From: an uncultured Piscirickettsiaceae bacterium | Lineage (GTDB): Bacteria; Pseudomonadota; Gammaproteobacteria; GCF-002020875 | DNA length: 64,000 bases | Assembly: GCA_964344435.1 (NCBI GenBank) | Contig: CAYFNH010000001.1 | Location: 5,303 to 69,302, forward strand | Direction of reading: 5' to 3' | Shown: positions 1 through 10,037 of the stretch, in pieces | How the letters are laid out: every line of letters begins with the position of its first letter | Position numbering within the stretch: position 1 is the first letter of the stretch | Notes under the pieces: model-generated | The model's database searches: none | Told to the model about the DNA's origin: nothing | Seen by the model: only the letters and a program-made list of their open reading frames with translations | Made by a program: the position numbers and the translations under genes

Positions 1-1775
1 TGCGGGTGCTCAATCTTGAACTGCAATACCAGACCGGCATCCTGGGCCCGTTGCGACATCATGTTTTCCACCCCGGAGACCAGCTTTTGAAGATCATAGG
101 GCTGTTCGGAGATGGCAAATTTACCCGACTGCAACTTAGACATATCGAGAATATCGTTAACCAACGCAAGCTGCGCCTCCCCCGCCGACTTGATGGTGCG
201 CACAATCTCCTGCGACTCTCCGTTGAGCTCATCGAGCAGATACTCACTGTTGCCGATGATCGAGGTAAGCGGGGTGCGCAGCTCGTGGCTCATGGTGGCA
301 AAGAAGTTATCCTTCTCCTCCTGGATCTCCTGCTCCTGAATCAACTGAATGCGGTCACTGATATCGACCACCGTGGCCAGCACCCGCTTGACCCCCTCCA
401 TCTCCAGCTCCGAGAGGCCAATCTCCACCGGAACCAGCTCTCCATCCTTGCGCCGTCCATACAGCTCCAGACCACGCCCCATCTGCATGGTACGCTCAAC
501 CACCTTGCGCTGACGATACTGCTGATGCTGACTGCGCTGCGTTTCCGGCACCAGCACCTCAATCGGAACCCCCACCAGTTCACCCTCGCGATATCCGAAC
601 ATACGCTGCAGGGCGCGGTTACAACGCACAATCACGCCATCGCTGTCGACCACCACCATCCCGCTGGGGGCGGCCTCGAATACCTGCAGGATCTCATCGG
701 TCATCTCACTTAGAGACTTCGCCAGCTGGTAGCTCTCCTCATCCAGATCAAGCTCTTCAAAATTCTGTTCTCTCCCCTTTCCGGCCCGCACCCGCTCGGT
801 AAAGGCCTTCAGGTGTGCCACTGGCCGGGTAATATAGCCTGCCATGAACAGTGCCACCCCAAAGGCAACCAGTACGATAACCGCCAACAGCTCCAGCAGC
901 TCGAACATCAGCTTGCGGTAACCAAAATAGAGCTCACTCTGGTCCCCCTTCACCAGCAGCCCCCAGCCGGTCTCCGGGATCAGTGTAGTCACCGCCACCA
1001 CTGGAGCTCCCCGATAGTCGACCACATCCTCATGAAAGCCGCTATCTCCCCGCAGGGCACGGATAATGGGGGCATCATTACGCTGAGCGGGAATGGTTCT
1101 CTGTAGTGCCGCCTGGGGGTCAAAGCGCAGCGGGACCAGAAACTGCGCTGCACCACTCTCGAGCCGCCGTGCCAACAACGTCTCACCGGTTCTTCCCAAA
1201 CCACTGTAGCTGGAGATAATCTTCACCAGCCCCGCTGCCGTATAGCGCATATGCAACATGCCCACCTGATCCTGCTCCAGGTAGAGAGGGCTATAGACAT
1301 GAACCTGCAACCCATGCTCAGAATCCCGCTGTAGCGAGAGGGGGGTAGCGGCCTCTATTCGAACCCCAACCTGCTCTTCACGGGTTGCGGCAATGATCTT
1401 TCCTGCCGGGTCGGCAATGGAGATCTGCTGCGCCTGAGGCAGCGCCAACAGGGCATCCTGAATAATACGACCGATCTTCTCTAGGTGGCGGGGCTCCAGC
1501 TGCTGGTTGTAGTTGCGCAGAGAGAGACGCAACTGGGTGCGGCTGGCAACGGAACGGGTGCTGGCGTTGATGGAACCGAGGTAGTCGGATACCCGTTGCT
1601 GCTGAATCGAGGCCATCGACAACAGGTGATTATAGGCATCCGCCCTTAACTGCTGCTTGAAATGGTTGAGCGCGAGCCAGCTGAAACTGGCAAGCACCAC
1701 CCCTCCAAACAGAATCAGCGCAACAGTAACCCTGATCCGGGTACTCAGGCGCGACTTGAACCACTTTTCGCTCAC
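1..1775 (-). CDS. sensor histidine kinase (2 TM + periplasmic loop, PAS, HisKA; HATPase part lies beyond the window edge; partial)
   Basis: Minus-strand translation from GTG at 1775 (GAGGAG Shine-Dalgarno 7 nt upstream) reads MSEKWFKSRLSTRIRVTVALILFGGVVLASF... A second TM lies near residue 300, followed by a PAS-like block. The H-box is EEKDNFFATMSHELRTPLTSIIGNSEYL. The ORF runs off the left edge, so it is not in the supplied track. The + ORF 6..713 is its antisense shadow. Confidence 0.85.
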   Translation of the reverse strand, partial: MSEKWFKSRLSTRIRVTVALILFGGVVLASFSWLALNHFKQQLRADAYNHLLSMASIQQQRVSDYLGSINASTRSVASRTQLRLSLRNYNQQLEPRHLEKIGRIIQDALLALPQAQQISIADPAGKIIAATREEQVGVRIEAATPLSLQRDSEHGLQVHVYSPLYLEQDQVGMLHMRYTAAGLVKIISSYSGLGRTGETLLARRLESGAAQFLVPLRFDPQAALQRTIPAQRNDAPIIRALRGDSGFHEDVVDYRGAPVVAVTTLIPETGWGLLVKGDQSELYFGYRKLMFELLELLAVIVLVAFGVALFMAGYITRPVAHLKAFTERVRAGKGREQNFEELDLDEESYQLAKSLSEMTDEILQVFEAAPSGMVVVDSDGVIVRCNRALQRMFGYREGELVGVPIEVLVPETQRSQHQQYRQRKVVERTMQMGRGLELYGRRKDGELVPVEIGLSELEMEGVKRVLATVVDISDRIQLIQEQEIQEEKDNFFATMSHELRTPLTSIIGNSEYLLDELNGESQEIVRTIKSAGEAQLALVNDILDMSKLQSGKFAISEQPYDLQKLVSGVENMMSQRAQDAGLVLQFKIEHP

Positions 1776-1825
1776 CTTCGCTCTCCTCTACAGCCTGCTT
1801 GTTTTCAACGAATCAAATCGTATCA

Positions 1826-1942
1826 ATCTTCTCGAAAGTTCATTCATACCACGATTCCAGGTTGGCTGCAGACAAGCGACACAAGGATGCGCTCGAGCGT
1901 AGCTGGAATCGTGGTACGAATGAACTTATGCAACGCTTTATA
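1826..1942. repeat. intergenic inverted-repeat element, subtype 1, copy A (MITE/REP-like)
   Basis: The 24-bp terminal inverted repeats are GTTCATTCATACCACGATTCCAGG (1838-1861) and CTGGAATCGTGGTACGAATGAAC (1903-1925). They flank the core ACAAGCGACACAAGGATGCGCTCGAGCG. The flanks (TCTTCTCGAAAGTTC; CTTATGCAACGCTTTA) are also shared with copy D at 17715-17846. Confidence 0.8.
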
Positions 1943-1946
1943 CCGT

Positions 1947-1981
1947 AAAAAAAAGGCCAGCATCACGGGCTGGCCTTTTTT
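1947..1981 (-). terminator. rho-independent terminator (bidirectional shape) downstream of the fdx-coaD-rsmD operon
   Basis: A8 run, then stem GGCCAGC, loop ATCACGG, stem GCTGGCC, then a T6 run. On the minus strand the hairpin is followed by U8. Confidence 0.75.
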
Positions 1982-2005
1982 CCCAGTTGACGCTGACCCT
2001 TTCTG

Positions 2006-2254
<249 letters not shown>

Positions 2255-2321
2255 TTAAAGTCCCTTTAAAGTCCCTGTGAAAATTTCCTGAAGGAATTCC
2301 CTGCGGATTGTTGAATCCACC

Positions 2322-2816
2322 TCATTGTACACCACGGCCAAATTTCTCTTCCAGCGCCCGCTGCACATTTTTCCGTACGAAGGGGCTGATATCTCCCCCC
2401 AGACGGGCAATCTCCCGCACCATGCTGGAGGAGAGGTAGCCATACTGCTGTGCCGGAGTGACAAACAGGGTCTCGATCTCGGCAGCGAGGTGACGATTCA
2501 TCCCTGCCAGCTGAAACTCGAACTCAAAGTCGGATACTGCACGCAAGCCACGCAAGATGGCATCGGCCTGTTGAGCACGGGCAAACTCCACCAGCAGCCC
2601 CTCAAAAGGGATCACCTCCACCGCAGGTAGCTCGGCCAGTGCCTGCTGTGCCAGCGCTACCCGCTCCACGGTACTGAACAGGGGCTGTTTGCTACTGGAG
2701 TTGCAGGAAGCAACCGCCACCACCACCCGCTCGAACAGTCGCCCACCTCGCTCCACCAGATCGATATGGCCATTGGTAATGGGGTCAAAGGTACCTGGAT
2801 AGACCACGGTGCGCAT
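2322..2816 (-). CDS. coaD: phosphopantetheine adenylyltransferase
   Basis: N-terminus [24 protein letters not shown], the classic CoaD T/HxGH nucleotidyltransferase motif. Length is 164 aa. Confidence 0.92.
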   Translation of the reverse strand: MRTVVYPGTFDPITNGHIDLVERGGRLFERVVVAVASCNSSSKQPLFSTVERVALAQQALAELPAVEVIPFEGLLVEFARAQQADAILRGLRAVSDFEFEFQLAGMNRHLAAEIETLFVTPAQQYGYLSSSMVREIARLGGDISPFVRKNVQRALEEKFGRGVQ

Positions 2817-2819
2817 GGT

Positions 2820-3437
2820 TCAATGCTCCTGCTTTTGTGCCAGCAGATATCGTACCTGACCAGCGCTCCCACTGCGAGTCACCGCCCAGCCGCTCGGCAG
2901 AAGTGGGGATTCAAGCTGCTGCTCCACCTCGATATAGAGCTGCAGCTGCGGGGAGAGCTCGGCCTGCTCCAGCTGCTCAACCACCCGCTCCAGCAGTCCA
3001 TTGGCAAAGGGGGGATCGAGAAAGATCAACTGGTAACGGGAGAGCACCTGCTGCCGCAAAAAGCGGAAGGCATCGACACACTGTACCTGCCCCCCCTCTG
3101 CCTGTAAGCGCTGCAGGTGGTCACGCAGGGTCGCTGCAGTGCGGCGATCCTGCTCTACAAAGTCGACCCGTGAGGCACCCCGCGACAGCGCCTCCAGCCC
3201 CAACGCACCACTGCCGGCAAACAGATCGAGACAGTTGGCAGCGTGAATGGATGGCTGCAGCCAGTTGAAGAGGGTTTCACGCACCCGGTCCGGGGTGGGG
3301 CGAATGGCCGGGTTATCGGCAAACTGCAGTTGCCGCCCCCGCCACTGACCACCAATGATGCGTAGCTTTCGGGTTCCGCCCCGCCTGCCACGGTTGGTCG
3401 GCTGCCGGGAGCTTGCCGCTCTATTGGCCACCCACAA
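2820..3437 (-). CDS. rsmD: 16S rRNA (guanine966-N2)-methyltransferase
   Basis: RIIGGQWRGRQL...DLFAGSGALGLEALSRGA...LDPPF motifs match RsmD. The annotated start overlaps the upstream gene by 17 nt, so the true start may be internal. Confidence 0.85.
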   Translation of the reverse strand: MWVANRAASSRQPTNRGRRGGTRKLRIIGGQWRGRQLQFADNPAIRPTPDRVRETLFNWLQPSIHAANCLDLFAGSGALGLEALSRGASRVDFVEQDRRTAATLRDHLQRLQAEGGQVQCVDAFRFLRQQVLSRYQLIFLDPPFANGLLERVVEQLEQAELSPQLQLYIEVEQQLESPLLPSGWAVTRSGSAGQVRYLLAQKQEH

Positions 3438-4719
3438 CCACCGTCACCATCTCGGCAGGGCGTACCCGTCGTCGGAAGGCATCCTGAATGGTCGCCACCG
3501 AGGTCAACTCAACCTGACGGTTGAAGTTCTCCAGATAGTCGTTGGGCAGGTTGTAGAAGCCGATCATCCCCAGGTAGTCGACAATCTTGCTGTTGCTGTC
3601 GATTCGCAGCGGGAAGCCGCCGGTAATGTTCTTTTTGGCTGCTATCAGCTCCGCCTCGTCCGGCCCCTGCTCGATAAAGCGGGTGATGGTATCTCGCAAC
3701 ACCTGCAGCGCCTCATCACGACTCTCGTTCTTGGTCTGCAGCCCCGCCTGGAATGGCCCCTCCCCCCGCATCGGTGAGAAGTAGCTGTAGGCGCTGTAGG
3801 CCAGGCCACGCTTTTCGCGTACCTGCTCGGAGATCTGCGATACCAGACCACTTCCACCCAGGATATGGTTGCCGACATAGAGCTCGAAGTAGTCCGGGTC
3901 TCCCCGCTTCAGCACCGGATGGCCCAACAGCAGGTGGCTCTGTACCGAGGGGTAGTCGATCTTCACCATCTCTCCCGGCCGGGCGGTGGTGGCAGAGGGT
4001 AGCGCCGGGGCCGCCTCCCCCGCCGGTAACCGTCCCACCACCTGCTCGGCAATCTCCTCGGCACGGCTGCGGTTGACCGAACCCACAATCGCTACCAGTG
4101 CATTGTTGCCGACATAGTAGCGTGCATGGAACAGCTGCAGGTCATTGCGCTGGAGCGCCTGAACCGTCTCTTCGGTGCCACTGCTGGGCTCTGCATAGGG
4201 GTGGTCACCGTACATGGCCCGGTAGAAGGCGTGGCTGGCAATCGTTCCCGGCTGCTGCTTTTGTGCCTGCAGGGCAACCAACTGGCGGGCTCGCTCGCGC
4301 TCCAGTGCCTGCTGCGGGAAGAAGGGGTGGTGGATCACATCGGACATCACCGCCAGCGCCCGCTCCAGCAACGCAGCCTCGGTGAGACTGCGCAGGGAGA
4401 CAATGGCCATATCACGCAGTGATTCGAAGCCAAGCTGTACGCCCAGGCTGTCGATCTCTTCCGCGATCGCCTCCTCTCCCCGTTTGGCAGCCCCGGTTGC
4501 CAACAGGCCGTTGGTCATGGCGGCAATTCCCCCCTGCTGACCATCCCGGGCACTACCGGCATCGAAGATCACCCGTACATCCACCATCGGCAAGTCGGGG
4601 GTATGGACATAGAGCACCCTGGCCCCGTTGGAGGTCTCCCAGCGCTCGATCTGTGGAGTAGCCAAACTGTTCCAGGAGAGCAGCAGCCCTGCCAGCAAAA
4701 CAATCCATTTAGTATGCAT
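3421..4719 (-). CDS. M16 family peptidase, non-catalytic-type subunit (no HxxEH)
   Basis: A signal peptide (MHTKWIVLLAGLLLSWNSLA) is followed by an M16 fold with no HxxEH zinc motif. It is paired with the adjacent active M16 gene. Confidence 0.75.
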   Translation of the reverse strand: MHTKWIVLLAGLLLSWNSLATPQIERWETSNGARVLYVHTPDLPMVDVRVIFDAGSARDGQQGGIAAMTNGLLATGAAKRGEEAIAEEIDSLGVQLGFESLRDMAIVSLRSLTEAALLERALAVMSDVIHHPFFPQQALERERARQLVALQAQKQQPGTIASHAFYRAMYGDHPYAEPSSGTEETVQALQRNDLQLFHARYYVGNNALVAIVGSVNRSRAEEIAEQVVGRLPAGEAAPALPSATTARPGEMVKIDYPSVQSHLLLGHPVLKRGDPDYFELYVGNHILGGSGLVSQISEQVREKRGLAYSAYSYFSPMRGEGPFQAGLQTKNESRDEALQVLRDTITRFIEQGPDEAELIAAKKNITGGFPLRIDSNSKIVDYLGMIGFYNLPNDYLENFNRQVELTSVATIQDAFRRRVRPAEMVTVVVGGQ

Positions 4720-6073
4720 GGTGCTTCTCCCCGGTTTCAACGGATGCAATCTGCTGGGGCTCCAGCACTGCGGTGGTAAGCCGATCCGGATCGAGATATT
4801 TCTGCGCCACGGCCATCACCTGATCGGCGCTAACCTTGCGGATGTTGTCGGCATAGCGCTCCATCTCCCGCCACTCCAGGCCGATGGTCTCCAGCGTACC
4901 GATCTGCATCGCCTGGTAGAAGACCGAATCCTGCTCGAACACCTTGCCGGCCACCACCTGCGCCTTGACCCGCGCCAGCTCCTGCTCCGTAACCGGTCGC
5001 TTCTTCATCTGAGCAAGCTGCTCCAGCAGTGCCACCTTCACCTTCTCTACCGTCTGCCCCTCTGCCGGTACCCCCTCCAGCAGGAACAGGGTCTGCAACC
5101 GGTCGTAGGGGTCATAACCAACCCCGGCACTGGCCGCAATCTGACTGCCCCGCACCAGATGCTTGTTGATGCGGGCGCTATCCCCGCCATCCAGCACATA
5201 GGCCAATACCTCCAGCGCATAGGGCTCCCATGCGACCTCTGCGGTGGTCACCGTCGGTACCGGGAACCCCATCAACAGATAGGGCACCTCGGCTGGCACC
5301 CGTACCGTCACCGAACGTGGCCCCAGCTGCTTCACCTCACTACGTGGCTTGGGGGGTGCCAACTCGGAGGGTTCGAGCGGGCCGAAGTGCTGTTTCGCCA
5401 ATGCGATCACCTCGGTCGCATCGACATCCCCTGCCACCACCAGAGTGGCATTGTTGGGGGCATACCACATCCGGTACCAGCGTTGCAGATCCTCGATCGA
5501 GTAGTTGCGGATATCATCCATCCAACCGATGATCGGATGGTGATAGGGGCTGGTCTGAAAGGCGGTCGCCATGAACTGCTCGTAGGTGAGAGAAGTGGGC
5601 TTGTCCTCGGTGCGCATGCGCCGCTCCTCGGTCACCACATCACGCTCCTTGAGGAACTCCGCCTCCGGCAGGGTCAGATTACGCATCCGGTCTGCCTCCA
5701 GCTCCAGCGCAATCGGCAGCCGACTCTTCTCCAGGCGCTGAAAATAGGCGGTATAGTCCTGTCCGGTAAAGGCGTTCTCGCGCCCTCCGTTCTCGGCAAT
5801 GATTTTGGAGAAGACATTGGGACCCACTTTTTCGGTCCCCTTGAACATCATGTGCTCCAGCATGTGGGAGATTCCGGTGATTCCATCACTCTCATAGCTC
5901 GCCCCCACCTTGTACCAGACCTGGGAGACCACCACCGGAGCGCGATGATCCTCCTTCACGATCACTTTCATGCCATTATCGAGCATCGCCTCGGTGACCT
6001 CCCCTGCAGTGGCAGCAGCGGCCAAAAACAGTGCGGCCACCAGACCACACCCACGGTTCACTTGTCTATTCAT
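4709..6073 (-). CDS. M16 family zinc peptidase (PqqL-like), catalytic subunit
   Basis: A signal peptide is followed by the inverted zinc motif HMLEHMMFKGT (HxxEH). The gene is divergent from ftsY, as in the Pseudomonas PA0371/PA0372 arrangement. Confidence 0.85.
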   Translation of the reverse strand: MNRQVNRGCGLVAALFLAAAATAGEVTEAMLDNGMKVIVKEDHRAPVVVSQVWYKVGASYESDGITGISHMLEHMMFKGTEKVGPNVFSKIIAENGGRENAFTGQDYTAYFQRLEKSRLPIALELEADRMRNLTLPEAEFLKERDVVTEERRMRTEDKPTSLTYEQFMATAFQTSPYHHPIIGWMDDIRNYSIEDLQRWYRMWYAPNNATLVVAGDVDATEVIALAKQHFGPLEPSELAPPKPRSEVKQLGPRSVTVRVPAEVPYLLMGFPVPTVTTAEVAWEPYALEVLAYVLDGGDSARINKHLVRGSQIAASAGVGYDPYDRLQTLFLLEGVPAEGQTVEKVKVALLEQLAQMKKRPVTEQELARVKAQVVAGKVFEQDSVFYQAMQIGTLETIGLEWREMERYADNIRKVSADQVMAVAQKYLDPDRLTTAVLEPQQIASVETGEKHHAY

Positions 6074-6225
6074 CCTGAATCGGTTTCCTGCTGAAATGAT
6101 GACGGAATTGTAACCGAGAAGACCCGCCCCAACGCGAGAAGTTCCGCTACGCGGCCCCGCTGTTTATTGGGTACACTATCTCCTCTTCGCAAGGCACCAC
6201 AAAGGCACCACACCGGATTACATGC

Positions 6226-7266
6226 ATGTTTGGATTTGGCAAAAAGAGAGAGAACGACCCCCTTCCTGAAAGTGAGGAGGCTGTGGCAGAGGAAACCACA
6301 CCCGAGCCAACCCCCGCAGAGGCGCCGATTGAAGAGGCGACTGAGAAGCCGAAAAAGGGGCTGTTCGGACGCCTGCGCGAACGCCTCAGCCGTACTCGTG
6401 AAAATCTTGGAGACGGACTGGGTGACCTGCTGCTTGGCAAGAAGGAGGTTGACGACACCCTGCTGGAGGAGCTGGAGACCCGGCTGCTGATGGCCGATGT
6501 CGGCATCGAGGCGACCGAGGAGATTCTCGGTCAGCTTCCCAACCGCCTCAAGCGCCGGGAGAGTGGTGATCCAGAGGCGCTGATGAAGGCCCTCAAGGAG
6601 GGGATGCTGGAGCTGCTCACCCCTTGTGAGTCCCCACTGGTGGTGACTGATGAGCAGCCCTATGTCATTTTGATGGTAGGCATCAACGGGGCCGGCAAGA
6701 CCACCACCATCGGCAAATTGGCGAAGCAGTTCCAGAGCCAGGGCAAATCGGTGATGCTGGCAGCAGGCGACACCTTCCGTGCCGCAGCCGTGGAGCAGCT
6801 GCAGGAGTGGGGGCGACGTAACGAGATCATGGTGGTGGCCCAACAGACCGGTGCCGATAGCGCCTCGGTACTCTACGACGCGGTCGAATCGGCCCGGGCC
6901 AAAAGGGCCGACATCCTGATTGCCGACACTGCCGGGCGCCTCCATACCCAATCCAACCTGATGGAGGAGCTGAAGAAAGTAAAGCGGGTGATGCAGAAGC
7001 TGGATGCCGCCATTCCTCATGAGATCATGCTGATACTGGATGCCGGCACCGGGCAGAACGGTGTCCATCAGGCCGAACAGTTTCATCAAACCGTTGGGCT
7101 CAGCGGCATCACCCTGACCAAACTGGATGGCACCGCCAAGGGGGGGGTGATCTTTGCCATCTCCAAACAGCTGGCGCTGCCCATTCGCTTCATCGGTGTG
7201 GGCGAGGGGATCGACGACCTGCGCCCTTTCCGGGCGGAGGAGTTTGTCGAAGCACTGCTCTCGTAA
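6226..7266 (+). CDS. ftsY: signal recognition particle receptor
   Basis: An acidic N-terminal region is followed by an NG domain with GINGAGKTTTIGKLA (G1), DTAGR and TKLDG motifs. Confidence 0.93.
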   Translation: MFGFGKKRENDPLPESEEAVAEETTPEPTPAEAPIEEATEKPKKGLFGRLRERLSRTRENLGDGLGDLLLGKKEVDDTLLEELETRLLMADVGIEATEEILGQLPNRLKRRESGDPEALMKALKEGMLELLTPCESPLVVTDEQPYVILMVGINGAGKTTTIGKLAKQFQSQGKSVMLAAGDTFRAAAVEQLQEWGRRNEIMVVAQQTGADSASVLYDAVESARAKRADILIADTAGRLHTQSNLMEELKKVKRVMQKLDAAIPHEIMLILDAGTGQNGVHQAEQFHQTVGLSGITLTKLDGTAKGGVIFAISKQLALPIRFIGVGEGIDDLRPFRAEEFVEALLS

Positions 7267-7465
7267 CCGGCTACAAAGTACTGCATCAATGAACTTTCAA
7301 CAGGATTGATATCAATGGTTTTAGCAGGTGATTGACTTGCCTGCTTGCGGTACACTTCGCCTCTTTTCATCAGCCTGACCGGAGCTCGAAACCGAGCCGG
7401 AGGCATGAACCTGAGACTCGCAACCCACGCTACGGCAGTGAGAATAGATGAGGGAATCGCAAACA

Positions 7466-8008
7466 ATGGAGCAGTACCACGGAACAACCATCCTCTGCGT
7501 CCGCCGCAACCATCAAGTGGTCATCGGTGGAGATGGCCAGGTATCGATGGGCAATACGGTGATGAAGGGCAATGCACGCAAGATCCGCCGCCTCTACCAT
7601 GACAAGGTAATTGCCGGTTTTGCCGGAGGTACCGCCGATGCCTTCACCCTGATCGAGCGTTTTGAAGGCAAGCTGGAGAAGTACTCCGGCCACATGGTGC
7701 GTTCTGCCGTTGAGCTGGCCAAGGATTGGCGTACCGACCGCATGTTGCGCCGACTGGAGGCGTTGCTGCTGGTGGCCGACGAGAAGGAGACCCTGGTGAT
7801 TACCGGAAACGGTGACGTGATTGAGCCCGAACATGGTGCCGTGGCCATCGGCTCTGGTGGCCACTACGCCCTCTCTGCAGCACGTGCGCTGCTGGAGAAC
7901 AGTGAACTGGAAGCCCGGGAGATTGTGGAGAAGAGCATGGGGATCGCGGCCGATATCTGTGTCTTCACCAACCAGAGCCTGGTGGTTGAATCCCTCGGCG
8001 AAGAGTAA
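7466..8008 (+). CDS. hslV: ATP-dependent protease HslVU, peptidase subunit
   Basis: [27 protein letters not shown]... shows the Thr-1 N-terminal nucleophile context. The start is chosen at the ATG at 7466, with a GAGGGA Shine-Dalgarno upstream, rather than the ORF-track 7448. Confidence 0.9.
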   Translation: MEQYHGTTILCVRRNHQVVIGGDGQVSMGNTVMKGNARKIRRLYHDKVIAGFAGGTADAFTLIERFEGKLEKYSGHMVRSAVELAKDWRTDRMLRRLEALLLVADEKETLVITGNGDVIEPEHGAVAIGSGGHYALSAARALLENSELEAREIVEKSMGIAADICVFTNQSLVVESLGEE

Positions 8009-8079
8009 GCCCATCGGTCAGTGCCGCCACTACCTTCCAGACAATGATTCACAGCATTTAACAACGGATTGATTTAAAG

Positions 8080-9417
8080 ATGAATGAGTTGACTCCAAGA
8101 GAGATCGTTCACGAACTGGACAAACATATCATTGGTCAGAGCGATGCCAAGCGTGCCGTCGCCATCGCCCTGCGCAACCGCTGGCGCCGGATGCAGGTGA
8201 GCGATGCACTGCGCTACGAGATTACCCCGAAGAATATCCTGATGATCGGTCCGACCGGTGTCGGCAAGACCGAGATTGCGCGCCGCCTGGCGCGCCTGGC
8301 CAACGCCCCCTTCATCAAGGTGGAGGCAACCAAGTTTACTGAAGTCGGCTATGTGGGCAGAGATGTGGAGTCGATCGTGCGCGACCTGGCAGACATTGCC
8401 ATCAAACAACTACGCGAAGAGGCGGTTGAACAGGTCAAGGGACGGGCCGAGGATGCGGCCGAGGAGCGGGTACTGGATGCGCTGCTCCCACCGGTACGTG
8501 GTAGTGGTTTCGACACGGAGTCCGAGCCGCAGGAGGAGTCCTCCACCCGGCAGAAATTCCGCAAGAAACTGCGTGAGGGTGACCTGGATGAGCGTGAGAT
8601 CGAGATCGAGGTGGCCTCCCCCAGTCTGGGAGTGGAGATTATGGGACCTCCGGGCATGGAGGAGATGACCTCACAGCTGCAGAACATATTCCAGAGCATG
8701 GGAGGCAAACCACCCAAACCGAAAAAGATGCGGGTACGGGAGGCCCTCAAGCTGCTGCTGGAGGAGGAGTCTCACAAGATGATCGACGAGGAGGAGATCA
8801 AGTCCCGCGCCATTGAGCGGGTAGAGCAGAATGGAATCGTCTTTCTCGACGAGATCGACAAGGTGGCCCAGCGCAGCGAGGGGCGCAGCGGTGGCGAGGT
8901 CTCACGGGAAGGGGTACAACGTGACCTGCTGCCACTGGTTGAGGGGAGTACCGTCAGTACCAAATATGGCATGATCAAGACCGACCACATCCTCTTTATC
9001 GCCTCGGGCGCCTTCCACCTCTCCAAGCCTTCGGATCTGATTCCGGAGCTGCAGGGCCGGCTGCCGATCCGGGTGGAGCTGGAGGCGCTGAGTGTGGAGG
9101 ACTTCACCAAGATCCTCTCCGAGCCGGATGCCTCGCTTACCGAACAGTACACCGCACTGATGGCTACCGACGGAGTCAACCTGCGCTTCGAGGAGGACGG
9201 CATCCACCGCATTGCCGAGTTCTCCTGGCAGATCAATGAAAACACCGAGAACATCGGAGCCCGCCGCCTGCATACCGTGATGGAGCGACTGCTGGAGGAG
9301 ATCTCCTTTGAAGCGGCCGACCGCAACGGAGAGGAGGTGGTGGTCGATGCAGCCTATGTCGACCGGCATCTCTCCGAGCTGGCAGAGGATGAAGACCTGA
9401 GCCGCTATATCCTGTAA
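8080..9417 (+). CDS. hslU: ATP-dependent protease HslVU, ATPase subunit
   Basis: [39 protein letters not shown]; Walker [16 protein letters not shown]. Length is 445 aa. Confidence 0.95.
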   Translation: MNELTPREIVHELDKHIIGQSDAKRAVAIALRNRWRRMQVSDALRYEITPKNILMIGPTGVGKTEIARRLARLANAPFIKVEATKFTEVGYVGRDVESIVRDLADIAIKQLREEAVEQVKGRAEDAAEERVLDALLPPVRGSGFDTESEPQEESSTRQKFRKKLREGDLDEREIEIEVASPSLGVEIMGPPGMEEMTSQLQNIFQSMGGKPPKPKKMRVREALKLLLEEESHKMIDEEEIKSRAIERVEQNGIVFLDEIDKVAQRSEGRSGGEVSREGVQRDLLPLVEGSTVSTKYGMIKTDHILFIASGAFHLSKPSDLIPELQGRLPIRVELEALSVEDFTKILSEPDASLTEQYTALMATDGVNLRFEEDGIHRIAEFSWQINENTENIGARRLHTVMERLLEEISFEAADRNGEEVVVDAAYVDRHLSELAEDEDLSRYIL

Positions 9418-9429
9418 TATGAGTCGTCT

Positions 9430-9542
9430 CAAAAACAGTGGCAGTCTTGATCTGCAACCGTTTGTGGGCAGGGATGCCCACAGCCGAGCGACACAAGGAT
9501 GTGCTTGATCGGGTTGCAGGCAGGCGCTGCCACTGCTTTTGG
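9430..9542. repeat. intergenic inverted-repeat element, subtype 2, copy B
   Basis: The TIRs are AAAAACAGTGGCAGTCTTGATCTGCAACC and GGTTGCAGGCAGGCGCTGCCACTGCTTTT. There is an internal hairpin GTGGGCAGGGATGCCCAC and the core GAGCGACACAAGGATGTGCTTGATCGG. The copy is near-identical in architecture to copy C at 15027-15140. Confidence 0.8.
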
Positions 9543-9607
9543 AAGCATTGACATTCAGATGAAGCACGCATCAAATTGAGGAGCCTGTTTTCAAGGAGCT
9601 GTAACCC

Positions 9608-9997
9608 ATGAGCGAAAAGCGAAGCCTGACCCCAACCGAGATCCGCTATGACAAAACTGCACGGACTCTCACCCTGAATTACGAAAATGGCAACTGCTGG
9701 CAATACAGTGCAGAGTTCCTGCGAGTCTACTCCCCCTCTGCCGAGGTGCGTGGCCATGCGCCCGGCGAAGAGATTCTACAGGTGGGCAAGGAGGATGTGG
9801 CCATCGAGAAGATTGACCCGGTTGGCAACTATGCCATCTCCATCAAGTTTGATGACGGCCATGATACCGGCATCTACTCCTGGGAATGGCTCTACACCCT
9901 GGGTGAGAAGCATGACGATTACTGGCAGGAGTATCTCAACCGGCTTGAGGCGGAAGGAATCGAGCGCATGACCACCTCGGAGCGCCTTGCAACCTGA
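9608..9997 (+). CDS. DUF971 family protein (gamma-butyrobetaine hydroxylase N-terminal-like)
   Basis: The 129-aa product carries ...FDDGHDTGIYSWEWLYTLG, the hallmark of DUF971. Confidence 0.7.
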   Translation: MSEKRSLTPTEIRYDKTARTLTLNYENGNCWQYSAEFLRVYSPSAEVRGHAPGEEILQVGKEDVAIEKIDPVGNYAISIKFDDGHDTGIYSWEWLYTLGEKHDDYWQEYLNRLEAEGIERMTTSERLAT

Positions 9998-10037
9998 TAG
10001 AACCTGAAGAGGATCACCTGGCGTCGGGCGAGGATTA

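Noticed and set aside
6-713. 235-aa + strand ORF from the track
   Set aside because: It is the antisense shadow of the minus-strand histidine kinase, whose H-box FATMSHELRTPL is read on the reverse strand of 250-300. It has low complexity and no start context.
1883-1945. Micro-ORFs starting at the AAGGATG within each repeat core (MCLSV..., MRSSV...)
   Set aside because: The downstream peptide differs in length and sequence between copies, so conservation is at the DNA level and not the protein level. They are unlikely to be coding, though AAGGATG could still matter as an RNA motif.
4628-6094. 488-aa + ORF
   Set aside because: It is antisense to the two M16 peptidase genes and is a typical high-GC shadow ORF.
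7270-7465. Search for a sigma32 heat-shock promoter upstream of hslVU
   Set aside because: TTGACTT and TTGATATCA are present, but there is no convincing CTTGAAA-N13-15-CCCCATNT match. Only a weak imperfect hairpin lies at ~7395-7420.
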